Source: a bacterium (GTDB lineage: Bacteria; Zhuqueibacterota; Zhuqueibacteria; Residuimicrobiales; Krinioviventaceae). Taken from it: 64,000 bases of DNA. The stretch lies in the NCBI GenBank assembly GCA_963675755.2, contig CAXXMD010000002.1, positions 2,016,001 to 2,080,000 on the forward strand, read 5' to 3'. The notes beneath the pieces are model-generated. The model saw nothing but the letters and a program-made list of their open reading frames with translations. It had not been told where the DNA came from and did no database searches. Made by a program: the position numbers and the translations under genes. Positions 16,564-25,816 of this stretch are shown here, one piece after another; positions within the stretch are counted from its first letter, which is position 1; each line of letters starts with the position of its first letter.

Positions 16564-18246
16564 ATGAAGAAAATGTATCTACTGTTATTACTGATCGCTG
16601 TCACCTCAAATGCAGCAGACAGGCTCGTCGGCAGAAATTTCTCCACACGTTCCGAAACTATAGCGCAAAATGGTATGGCCTGTACCAGTCAACCTCTTGC
16701 CACCCAGGCCGCAATCGATATTCTTAAAAAAGGCGGTAACGCAATCGATGCTGCCATTGCAGCCAACGCTGTCAATTCTGTGGTCGAACCTATGAACTGT
16801 GGTATTGGAGGCGATTTATTCGCTATTGTTTGGCATGAGGACTCGAAAAAACTATACGGACTCAATGCCAGCGGCAGGTCACCAAAATCGTTGACTCTCC
16901 AAGCTATGCAAGAAATGGGACTCACAAAAGTACCGGTCAAAGGCCCTTTACCCGTATCCACACCCGGCTGTGTCGATGGTTGGTTCGAGCTCCACAAAAA
17001 GTTCGGCAAACTGCCTATGGAAACCATCCTTGAACCTGCAATCTATTATGCGGAAAACGGATTTCCGGTTACTGAAATCATTGCCTATTATTGGCAGGGA
17101 GACGTCCCCGATTTCATCGACGTACCCGGCTTTGCCGAAACCTTTTTGATCGATGGTAAAGCCCCGCTAAAAGGACAAATATTCAAAAATCCGGCACTTG
17201 CCAATACCTTGCGCCAGATCCAAAAAGACGGACGAAACGCCTTTTACAATGGCAGTATTGCACAGGAAATAGAAACATTTATGAAAAAACATGGCGGTTA
17301 CCTCAAAGCCTCTGACCTGGCTGCACATACATCAACCTGGGTTGAACCGGATTCCACCAATTACCGCGGGTACGATGTCTGGGAACTGCCGCCTAACGGA
17401 CAGGGAATTGCCGTGCTGCAAATGTTAAACATCATGGAAGCATGGGATATCCAATCCATGGGATTCGGTAGTCCGGAATACCTGCATCTCTTGATCGAAG
17501 CCAAAAAGCTCGCATTTGAAGACCGCGCCCGGTTTTATGCGGACCCGGATTTCAATACGCTTCCCGTTGAACAATTGATCTCTAAACCCTATGCTCAAAA
17601 TCGTGGAAAACGAATCAATCCGGCAAAAGCTGCGCCATCTTATCCCCCTGGTCTGCCTGAAAAAGGAGATACCATCTATTTAACAGTTGCAGATAAAGAG
17701 GGCAATATGGTCAGTCTTATCCAGAGCTTGTATTGGGGATTCGGATCGGGTATGACGCCTCCCAAATTAGGGTTTCCTTTGCAAAATCGAGGTGAATTGT
17801 TTACTTTTGAAAATGGCCATCTTAACCAATACGCCCCGGAAAAACGACCATTTCACACCATTATTCCCGCGTTTGTCACCAAAGACGGAGAGCCCTACAT
17901 GAGTTTTGGAGTGATGGGTGGTCCCATGCAGCCGCAGGGACATGTGCAGATTCTGGTAAACATGATCGATTTCGGTATGTCGCTCCAGGAAGCGGGAGAC
18001 GCTCCACGTATCCGCCATACCGGTTCGTCACAACCTACCGGGTCTATCATGACCGATGGTGGCAAAATTAATTTTGAATCCGGATTCCCAATGGAAACGC
18101 TCAGGTCCTTGAAGGAAAAAGGACACAATCTGAATGTCAATGTGGGTGGATATGGGGGTTATCAGGCTATTCTGGTTGATCGTAAAAACCATGTCTACTT
18201 TGGTGCATCAGAATCCAGAAAAGATGGACAGGCGCAGGGCTACTAG
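16564..18246 (+). CDS. ggt: Gamma-glutamyltransferase family protein (Ntn hydrolase, YwrD-like)
   Basis: GGNAIDAAIA, GIGGDLF, nucleophile at GDTIYLTVAD, KRPFHTI and GVMGG..QPQGH; signal peptide. Confidence 0.92.
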   Translation: MKKMYLLLLLIAVTSNAADRLVGRNFSTRSETIAQNGMACTSQPLATQAAIDILKKGGNAIDAAIAANAVNSVVEPMNCGIGGDLFAIVWHEDSKKLYGLNASGRSPKSLTLQAMQEMGLTKVPVKGPLPVSTPGCVDGWFELHKKFGKLPMETILEPAIYYAENGFPVTEIIAYYWQGDVPDFIDVPGFAETFLIDGKAPLKGQIFKNPALANTLRQIQKDGRNAFYNGSIAQEIETFMKKHGGYLKASDLAAHTSTWVEPDSTNYRGYDVWELPPNGQGIAVLQMLNIMEAWDIQSMGFGSPEYLHLLIEAKKLAFEDRARFYADPDFNTLPVEQLISKPYAQNRGKRINPAKAAPSYPPGLPEKGDTIYLTVADKEGNMVSLIQSLYWGFGSGMTPPKLGFPLQNRGELFTFENGHLNQYAPEKRPFHTIIPAFVTKDGEPYMSFGVMGGPMQPQGHVQILVNMIDFGMSLQEAGDAPRIRHTGSSQPTGSIMTDGGKINFESGFPMETLRSLKEKGHNLNVNVGGYGGYQAILVDRKNHVYFGASESRKDGQAQGY

Positions 18247-18260
18247 ACTGTATAAAAACA

Positions 18261-18295
18261 AAAAGCAGGATGCATATTAGTTGCACCCTGCTTTT
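18261..18295. terminator. Bidirectional intrinsic terminator
   Basis: aaaagcagg.tgca...tgca.cctgctttt between convergent genes. Confidence 0.75.
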
Positions 18296-18319
18296 CTGAT
18301 TGGAACCATGATGTTTCTA

Positions 18320-21300
18320 TTATTTAAATACAACCGGAATGCGTTTGACAGGCACAACATCACTGCTAGTTTCAGTACATTCACCTGCCTTTTCTGCCTT
18401 GAGTAATGGCCGTTCAGCTAAATCAGATGTAATAAACACCTTTTCAATATCTATATTTTTACCCTGCACTTCCAGATCCAGCGTATTGATACCGGCTTCG
18501 AGCTTGACCTCACCCATGCTATACCATCTGAAATAACGATGATGACCTTCATTTTTTCGGGCCTTTATCCACAATTGGCAGTCCATATTAGATTGTGCGT
18601 CAATGGCAAATACCTGTCTGGAAGTATCCGTATTTACTGCCTCTTTTTCAACGGTCTGACCACCATATATATACAATTCCTCATTATTTCCCAATGTAAA
18701 TATCGGTTTACGCCAGGATGCAGGAACAAAGGGTCCATCCAATACGGTTTCACTCTTGCCCCATGCGTTCACTGCGGTAATAGTTATAAAAACCGGTTTT
18801 TCATTATCCAATCCCTCTATAATCGCCTGGTTTACTGTACCCAAAAGCAGGCGATTGCTCAATCGTGTACTTTCCGTACCCCATTTCAATTCGTAACCGG
18901 TTGCTTTTTCTGAAGGATTGAAATTCACAACCAGCATTCCATTCCAATTCTCAACAGTCGTAATCTCGGGTTTAGCCGGTATTTCTTTGTCAAATGCATT
19001 GGGGGACAACTCAGCCACCATCTCTTTTGACTGACCGCCATTCACCTTAACGGAATATCTTTTTTCTCCCCGCTTGTCCTGAATCTTGATCTTGATCAAA
19101 TGCTGTGCCTGGTCATATATCCAGCCTTGCTGAGTAGAGGTAAAATCACTCATTTCTACCTGAGGTACTGTTTTATCATTTACAGTAACAGAGCCGGGTT
19201 CGTCTCCAAACAATACAACTCCAAACTTTTGCTCAGGTTTTGTGATATTTAAAATCATATTCTCTTTATCACGTTTTGCAAGGATACTGACAGTTTTACC
19301 TTCTTCCCGCAAATCAAACCTGGTATCTTTACAATCGTAAAGCATGAAACACAATCGCAGCAATTCTTTTTCCGACTGATCAAATGCGCCGCCAATATCC
19401 ATGGTTTCGTTCAATGCCAAAGGAACAATTGAATTCGATTTAATAAAGACTGGAATCCGGTTCAAGGGACAGGTATAATTAATCTCTTGTTCTCCATCAA
19501 ACCGTTCATATGTCCAAAAATCCACCCACTCACCGTTGGGTAAATATATATTTCGTGGAAATCCGGGGTCTAACACAGGTGCAACCAGCATCTCTTCACC
19601 CAGCATATATTCATCATCAATATCTTTGGTTGCAGTATCCTGGGGATAATGCAGAAACAGGGTCCGCATCAATGGCAGTCCTTTTTCATTTGCCTGTATC
19701 AAATAGTGATACAAAAACGGAAGCAGATTATATCTCACCCTGGCATAAAACCGATAATTGTCCCAGCCATAAGGATCTTGCTCCCATGGAGCAGGTGCAC
19801 TGCCATGATCATGAAAAGAAGGCCCGAATGTGGAATACTGTACACCGCGAATGTAAACCTCGCGGTCATGCTCGTCATTACCACCCCTGTATCCCGCTAT
19901 ATCATGTCCAATCAGCGGTACTCCGCAGATAGAGATCGCTAACGATGCGTCAACAGTACCCTTGAGCTGCTGAAAATTCCGTCCGCGGTCTCCACCCCAG
20001 CAATAGCCCGCCTTTTGTAATCCCAGTCCGCCGCCCCGGATCCAGATAACGCCACCATTCGGTTTTATACTCTGTATCCAGTTATAAATCTCTTCGCCAA
20101 ACATAACCGCATGGAGATTGGTTATCCCCTTAACCGGACGATGCAGCATTTTCGGATCATAGTCCCGTGGAAACATTTCACTAAAATCAATTTTGATTCC
20201 ATCCAGGTTCTTGTGTTCCGGTACGGATCGGTCACCTTGACCTGTCAAATATTCCGCATACAGGTTTTCTTTCCACCAGTCCATAGCTTCAGGGTTTGTC
20301 ACATCCAGATAAACCGAGTTCATCCGTACCCCACCAATAGCAAAAGTACTGTCTGCCCGTCTTACAAAATATTCAGGTTTACCTTCTTTAATTACAGGAC
20401 TGTTGGGTGCTACTTGTCCTGTGGGTGACCAAAAAACGGTCTTAATCCCAATACCATGCCACTTGTCTACAAGATCGTTCATACTGGGTGTCATATCACG
20501 GTTAAACATGGTCCGAACACCTTCCCACAAAATGATACCCAGTGGAAACTTTTCCCGCATCAGCATATCAATGTCCGCGTTGGCATAGGCGGTATTACTC
20601 CACCCTGTCATTCTACGTCGGCTTAACCAGGTCCCCAGAGACCATCGGGGTATAACCGGTGTACGCCCGGTAATTGCAGTATTTTGCTCAATTACCTTCA
20701 ATGGATCAGGATTACAATACACAAACACATTCATTTCCGAGTCTGGTACCTCAACGCTGAAGCGATCATTAACCAGATCACCCATGTGGAACACAACCGG
20801 TAAACCGGTATTTACCAGTAAACCAAAACGCTTTGATGATAGAAAAAACGGAATGGACTTGTACGTACCGCCATCAATAGACATGTAAGCATCAGAAATT
20901 ATCATATCCACCCGATTACCACGCTGATCCAGTCCGTCAAATTTCTCTCCAAATCCATATACACTTTCAGTGGAATCCAACGCACTGCTAAAACCTATGG
21001 TTTGCAAACTGTCATCATCTACCCACTCTATTCCATCCAGAGTATTGAATATAATTTCACCATCCCGTTCAATTGCAATATCTAACGGCGATTTATCAAT
21101 AATCACTTTAATATCACCACTCAAAAGTACCAGGGTACTGTCAAAATCATTCCATTGAAATTTATTCAATTCCGCATAAACCGACTCTTGTTTTTCAATA
21201 CCAGCTTGAATATTTACAACATCTTTAAAAGGGAATGCAATACGAACACTCAATTCCTGTCCGGTTTTCTGATCTTGCCCGCTGATTTCAAAAATATTTC

Positions 21301-21469
21301 CGTGCGCTGTAAATTGTTCAACCAAAAATGGATTCTTTGTTTGTTCAACACTGTCTGCAGCCGTCGCTAAAGTAAAAAGAATTAAAGAGACAATAAAATT
21401 AATAAATATAACTCGGCGGTAACACAAAGGCATAAAATAACTCCTTGATGGATATTGAAATTTGTTCAT
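18320..21469 (-). CDS. GH31 glycoside hydrolase (alpha-xylosidase/glucosidase-like) with FN3-like C-terminal region
   Basis: YGFGEKF, YKSIPFFLSS, nucleophile GIKIDFSE, acid/base WGGD, GHDIAGY and YLPNGEWVDFWT. Confidence 0.9.
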   Translation of the reverse strand: MNKFQYPSRSYFMPLCYRRVIFINFIVSLILFTLATAADSVEQTKNPFLVEQFTAHGNIFEISGQDQKTGQELSVRIAFPFKDVVNIQAGIEKQESVYAELNKFQWNDFDSTLVLLSGDIKVIIDKSPLDIAIERDGEIIFNTLDGIEWVDDDSLQTIGFSSALDSTESVYGFGEKFDGLDQRGNRVDMIISDAYMSIDGGTYKSIPFFLSSKRFGLLVNTGLPVVFHMGDLVNDRFSVEVPDSEMNVFVYCNPDPLKVIEQNTAITGRTPVIPRWSLGTWLSRRRMTGWSNTAYANADIDMLMREKFPLGIILWEGVRTMFNRDMTPSMNDLVDKWHGIGIKTVFWSPTGQVAPNSPVIKEGKPEYFVRRADSTFAIGGVRMNSVYLDVTNPEAMDWWKENLYAEYLTGQGDRSVPEHKNLDGIKIDFSEMFPRDYDPKMLHRPVKGITNLHAVMFGEEIYNWIQSIKPNGGVIWIRGGGLGLQKAGYCWGGDRGRNFQQLKGTVDASLAISICGVPLIGHDIAGYRGGNDEHDREVYIRGVQYSTFGPSFHDHGSAPAPWEQDPYGWDNYRFYARVRYNLLPFLYHYLIQANEKGLPLMRTLFLHYPQDTATKDIDDEYMLGEEMLVAPVLDPGFPRNIYLPNGEWVDFWTYERFDGEQEINYTCPLNRIPVFIKSNSIVPLALNETMDIGGAFDQSEKELLRLCFMLYDCKDTRFDLREEGKTVSILAKRDKENMILNITKPEQKFGVVLFGDEPGSVTVNDKTVPQVEMSDFTSTQQGWIYDQAQHLIKIKIQDKRGEKRYSVKVNGGQSKEMVAELSPNAFDKEIPAKPEITTVENWNGMLVVNFNPSEKATGYELKWGTESTRLSNRLLLGTVNQAIIEGLDNEKPVFITITAVNAWGKSETVLDGPFVPASWRKPIFTLGNNEELYIYGGQTVEKEAVNTDTSRQVFAIDAQSNMDCQLWIKARKNEGHHRYFRWYSMGEVKLEAGINTLDLEVQGKNIDIEKVFITSDLAERPLLKAEKAGECTETSSDVVPVKRIPVVFK

Positions 21470-21619
21470 ATATTTATTTCTGACGAAAAAATAAAATAAC
21501 GAGGCAAAATACCACGCTTTTCAAAATAAACTCTTTCACAGCAATTTCCAAGGGAAAAACCAAAGTTTACAATCTAATACATTTATTTTAGTGATAATTT
21601 ATTTCTGACTGTAAATAAA

Positions 21620-22408
21620 TCAAACGCGGGTTGCGCGGGTAGCTATAAAGCAGTCAATATTTCCATACAAAGGATTTTCATCATCGTGGTGCGGATCTTC
21701 ATAAAACCCATCAATCACAAAACCGGCTTTGATCTGCTCACCAATCTGATCGGTTAACGTATGTCCGAATTCAAAAGCATGGCCATCCCTGGCATATAAC
21801 TCTTTTTGTTCCGGCGTCAGGGTTTCCAAATCAGAATAAGGGATTTTCTGCACCTTTGTCAAATCTATTTTCCACTCGGGTGCCGTTTCTGCAAAAAGAT
21901 ACAAAATGGGATTACAAAATCCTGCCATCAAAATCCCCTCTTTACGAATTACACGTGCACACTCTTTCCAGACCGGTTTTACATCGGCAACAAAACAGTT
22001 CGAGACAGGATGAAAGATAATATCAAACGATGCATCCGCAAATGCACTCAGGTCTGCCATATCTCCCATGATTGTGGTTATATCCAGGCTTTCACGTTCG
22101 GCTACCATTTGGTCTTGCTCGAGTTGTTTGGGAGAAAGATCATATACCGTCACTTTTGCTCCTGCTGCTGCAAAAACAGGCCCTTGCTGTCCACCTGCAC
22201 TCGCAAGGCAAAGCACATCCTTGCCCCGAATATCTCCAAACCATTTTCTTGGGACAGGTGTTTGCGGAGTCAACACAACCTCCCATTTGCCCTTGCGTGC
22301 ATCAGCAATTACCTGAGAAGATACCGGTTGGGTCCATCGATTTTCCAGCCTAACATAAGTGTCCCAGGTTTTCTGGTTATGTTTCAGATAAGAGGCATCA
22401 TTACTCAT
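21620..22408 (-). CDS. Class I SAM-dependent methyltransferase
   Basis: VLCLASAGGQQ motif I, GDMADLS and FDIIFHPVSNCF. Confidence 0.88.
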   Translation of the reverse strand: MSNDASYLKHNQKTWDTYVRLENRWTQPVSSQVIADARKGKWEVVLTPQTPVPRKWFGDIRGKDVLCLASAGGQQGPVFAAAGAKVTVYDLSPKQLEQDQMVAERESLDITTIMGDMADLSAFADASFDIIFHPVSNCFVADVKPVWKECARVIRKEGILMAGFCNPILYLFAETAPEWKIDLTKVQKIPYSDLETLTPEQKELYARDGHAFEFGHTLTDQIGEQIKAGFVIDGFYEDPHHDDENPLYGNIDCFIATRATRV

Positions 22409-22995
22409 TGTTCTTTATGCTCCCGCTGCAAGATCATTTCAATAAACTGAGGAAACGCCATGGAATATTTACCCATAAAAAACTCTCTTTTGGGAAAACG
22501 GATCAATTGAGATTTTCGTACAAATGCAGACTCTGCCTCTCGCCCCTGCCCTGTACCCTCCAGAGCAAAACTCCACCAATGCTGTTCCCCAACAGTAATA
22601 CCGCTCAATTCCAGTTGATACCCGGCATGTCCTTCAGCTTCCGGTACAATCAACAGTAATCTTCTTTTATGGATATCCAGCCATTTCTGAGAAGCTCCAA
22701 CCATCTGCTCATAATCCGTCCCGGCATCAAGCTTGAAACTCCATTTCGTCCATGCATCTACCATTCCCGAGGTATAAGGTCCCAAATCCTGTATACCTAA
22801 TTCCTTTTGCCGCTCTTTGATCTCTATAAATCCGTCACGCAGTTTAATGCTCATAGCCTCACTGACTGTGGTAAAATATCGATCAGTCCGCTCTTCTATC
22901 AACGGCATCTCTTGCGACATACCTGCAAACCATTCCGTAATCTCAAAGGGAATTCCTCCCTCCAAAAACCAACGTACTTCAATTGTAGAATACAT
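22405..22995 (-). CDS. CYTH/triphosphate-tunnel-fold-like protein
   Basis: EVRWF...RTDRYF...IKLRDG.IEIKER pattern. Start placed at ATG 22995; ATGA overlap with the methyltransferase. Confidence 0.55.
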   Translation of the reverse strand: MYSTIEVRWFLEGGIPFEITEWFAGMSQEMPLIEERTDRYFTTVSEAMSIKLRDGFIEIKERQKELGIQDLGPYTSGMVDAWTKWSFKLDAGTDYEQMVGASQKWLDIHKRRLLLIVPEAEGHAGYQLELSGITVGEQHWWSFALEGTGQGREAESAFVRKSQLIRFPKREFFMGKYSMAFPQFIEMILQREHKEQ

Positions 22996-23078
22996 AAACC
23001 CACCTGCTGGATTCACAAACATTTCACTATACATAAATATTTAAGAATTTGCAAATAAAAATTTAGTATTCAATACAT

Positions 23079-23113
23079 AAAAAAAAAGCCGAGCCATAAT
23101 CGGCCCGACTTTC
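23079..23113 (-). terminator. Probable intrinsic terminator after the DUF4956 gene
   Basis: Imperfect GC stem followed by a long U tract on the minus strand. Confidence 0.55.
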
Positions 23114-23146
23114 TCATCATGGGGGGTATGAAATATAAATAATATT

Positions 23147-23872
23147 CTAGTTATCAGTAAGATTTTCTCCATAAACCAGGCTAACCCGTTCAATGCCTTC
23201 CAAAGCACTCAGGTCCTGAACCAACTCCTGGTGTCCGACATTTTTCCGGAATCGGATATTAAACGTTAATTCTAAAAATTCTCCCAATCTCGCAGATCGA
23301 ATGTTCACCAAAGAATGCACTGTCAGGTATTTTTTAAACACATCCATATATACAGGCTGATCAGAGTGTTGTGGGATGGACCAGAAACGCAGTACCATCT
23401 CTTCCTGTACCGCGGCGCCATATTTGGTAAAATGCAATACCACAACAAATAACGCAACACTCACACATCCAATAATACCAATCACATGATTTCCTGATCC
23501 CGCTGCCATTCCCGCGGCAAGCGAGAAAAACACAAACGCGATATCTATGGAATCTTTAACCGCAGTTCTAAACCGGATTATCGACATGGCACCAACAAGA
23601 CCAAAAGCCCGCGCAAGATTATTACCAATAACCATAATCACAATCGTAGTTACCATGGTTATAATAATCAACGTATTTACAAATGTTACCGAATACGCGT
23701 ATCCTTTATATGTCAGCTTGTATACAAGTGTTATCAACAATCCCAGACACAATGATAAAGCAATGTTGAAAAACACATCAAAAATAGTTATTGTAGCACT
23801 GTCTGCCAACAGGCTGTTAAATACCAATTCCTGCACGATAGGTCCCTTTATTATTATTAAAATGTCCTTCAA
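23147..23872 (-). CDS. DUF4956 membrane protein
   Basis: IGNNLARAFGLVGAMSIIRFRTAVKD signature. Confidence 0.9.
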   Translation of the reverse strand: MKDILIIIKGPIVQELVFNSLLADSATITIFDVFFNIALSLCLGLLITLVYKLTYKGYAYSVTFVNTLIIITMVTTIVIMVIGNNLARAFGLVGAMSIIRFRTAVKDSIDIAFVFFSLAAGMAAGSGNHVIGIIGCVSVALFVVVLHFTKYGAAVQEEMVLRFWSIPQHSDQPVYMDVFKKYLTVHSLVNIRSARLGEFLELTFNIRFRKNVGHQELVQDLSALEGIERVSLVYGENLTDN

Positions 23873-24584
23873 TCCCCATCGAATATTTCGATATGGATTC
23901 AGGACGCACTTGAATCACTTGCACCAAACGCCTCATCCATTTGGGCATAAATTCATCAAACTTTAATTCCAAAATACAGCTATTGTCTGTAACCGGCATC
24001 AAACATTCGTTGGTAAATAGATCCGTTAAACGCGGAGCATAAAGTGTTCTCACATTATAATCAATGGTTAAACGAACACGTTCATTGTACATATCCATAT
24101 AAGCGTCACGGTCATACAGCACCAACAGCGAAGGTTCTAGATTCAAAGAAACCAGATTAAAAACAAATCGGTCAAGAGATATATCATTACCGTTCGTAAC
24201 TCTGTTTTTTTGTATAAAATCAAATGGCGAGTTTATTATATCATCCAGACTGCAAATTTTAAATTTTGAACGCTCTTTTACAACATTATTATTGTACCGT
24301 CGTTTAATTTCCAAGAATCCAATACTATCGTCCTGATATTCATTATAAGTGCGTATGCGCAATTTCTTTCTTACTTTTAAGCCATCTGCTTTTTCATAAT
24401 AAAAATCAAGTTGTGGAGTATCAAAATAAAGGCTGCGTACAAGATATCGGTTATCCGGAACATTAACCGCATGGGGATCCAGCTCAACATATGGCCTAAT
24501 AAACGCTTTCAGCGCATCAATACGGTCTTTGGGAACATAATATTTAATCTCAAATCTGGATATGTGGTTTACATTTCCTGCCAT
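23817..24584 (-). CDS. VTC-domain (polyphosphate polymerase-like) protein
   Basis: RFEIKY, VRSLYFDT, RKKLRIRTY, FLEIK, RLTID, ILELKF and SISKY. Confidence 0.9.
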   Translation of the reverse strand: MAGNVNHISRFEIKYYVPKDRIDALKAFIRPYVELDPHAVNVPDNRYLVRSLYFDTPQLDFYYEKADGLKVRKKLRIRTYNEYQDDSIGFLEIKRRYNNNVVKERSKFKICSLDDIINSPFDFIQKNRVTNGNDISLDRFVFNLVSLNLEPSLLVLYDRDAYMDMYNERVRLTIDYNVRTLYAPRLTDLFTNECLMPVTDNSCILELKFDEFMPKWMRRLVQVIQVRPESISKYSMGIEGHFNNNKGTYRAGIGI

Positions 24585-24608
24585 CTTATTTTCCTCAAAT
24601 CATGTTAA

Positions 24609-25694
24609 TCATTTTAAAAATGCCAGTTTTCTATATTTGTAATTATTCCAATGGCTTGTTATTTGTTTATACAATGATGATTCTCCATAATGGATCTTGG
24701 CATATCCTGTAGAACCATTGAATAATATTTTGTTTGTATTCGCCAGGTTGCAGTATATAATAAACATGGATTGACCATTTATAAAATAAGCCTGGTTGCC
24801 AATTCGAACAATTCTGCACTCCAGCTGTTCATAGTGCGAATGAGGCAAAATGATCTCAACTTTTTGTCCTGGTTTTAATTGATGCAAATATTCCTCAGTT
24901 ACCGGTATTTGTACTATCAGGGTATCAATCTTGTTGATCTGGCAAACTACACCCGCCTCATTGCAATCCCCAACAATACCGGAAATAGGCGTAACAAGTG
25001 CTTCTGCTTTTTTCTTGTTCAAAAGCAATCCAAATTGAGCTTCAAGTCCTGCCAATTCTTTTTTCACATAATCGATCTGTTCCTGTTTTTCTCCGGATTC
25101 GGCTGCTTTTAATCTGGCCTTTTGTAATGAAACATTGATCTTGTAGAGATTGTTTTCAGCTTCCGCAAGTTCCAGATCTTGCTGGCTGATCAGGTTTTTC
25201 TCCAATAGATCTTTTTTACGATCAAGTTGTGGTTGGTACGCTTCAAGTTGGGCCTGAGCATAAAGCAGAGCTTGCTTTGCTTCTTCTCTTACTTCTTTTT
25301 TCTCTCCGGTTGATAATAATTCCAATTCCGCCTGCACCGTTTCAATTTCTGTCTTCAGAGATTCAAAACGATAAGCATCCTCTTGTGAATGGATATTGGC
25401 AACAATCTTCCCGGCATCAAGATATCTGCCAACAGCGACATCAGGCTCAACCTCAAACCGGATCAAATCAGGACGACTGAAATGATAACAGTCGAATCGC
25501 TCCAGGGTGTTCTTGTCATTCCGCTTAAATTCCACATAGACCTTTTCAGGATCGTCAACATGAACAGACCATTCAGCCTGACTTATAAATCGACAGGGAA
25601 ATTTGACGGTATGACGAGTTGTAATAAATCCTGATAAAATAAAAAGAATAATTACAACTATAGACAACATGATGATGGTATATTTTTTTCTCAA
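24609..25694 (-). CDS. HlyD-like periplasmic adaptor protein
   Basis: N-terminal TM, long coiled coil, TPISGIV lipoyl-like half motif and a beta-barrel C-terminus. Confidence 0.75.
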   Translation of the reverse strand: MRKKYTIIMLSIVVIILFILSGFITTRHTVKFPCRFISQAEWSVHVDDPEKVYVEFKRNDKNTLERFDCYHFSRPDLIRFEVEPDVAVGRYLDAGKIVANIHSQEDAYRFESLKTEIETVQAELELLSTGEKKEVREEAKQALLYAQAQLEAYQPQLDRKKDLLEKNLISQQDLELAEAENNLYKINVSLQKARLKAAESGEKQEQIDYVKKELAGLEAQFGLLLNKKKAEALVTPISGIVGDCNEAGVVCQINKIDTLIVQIPVTEEYLHQLKPGQKVEIILPHSHYEQLECRIVRIGNQAYFINGQSMFIIYCNLANTNKILFNGSTGYAKIHYGESSLYKQITSHWNNYKYRKLAFLK

Positions 25695-25776
25695 GTGAAC
25701 ACCGCTTATTATTTGAGTATATCTGTCTTATTTTCCCATTAGACAATAATGAATGCGGTTTCATTCCTACCCCTAT

Positions 25777-25810
25777 AAAAAAAAAGGCCGGTTTAATGAA
25801 TACCGGCCCG
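25777..25810 (-). terminator. Intrinsic terminator
   Basis: ggccggt...accggcc with a U9 tract on the minus strand. Confidence 0.7.
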
Positions 25811-25816
25811 TTTTTT

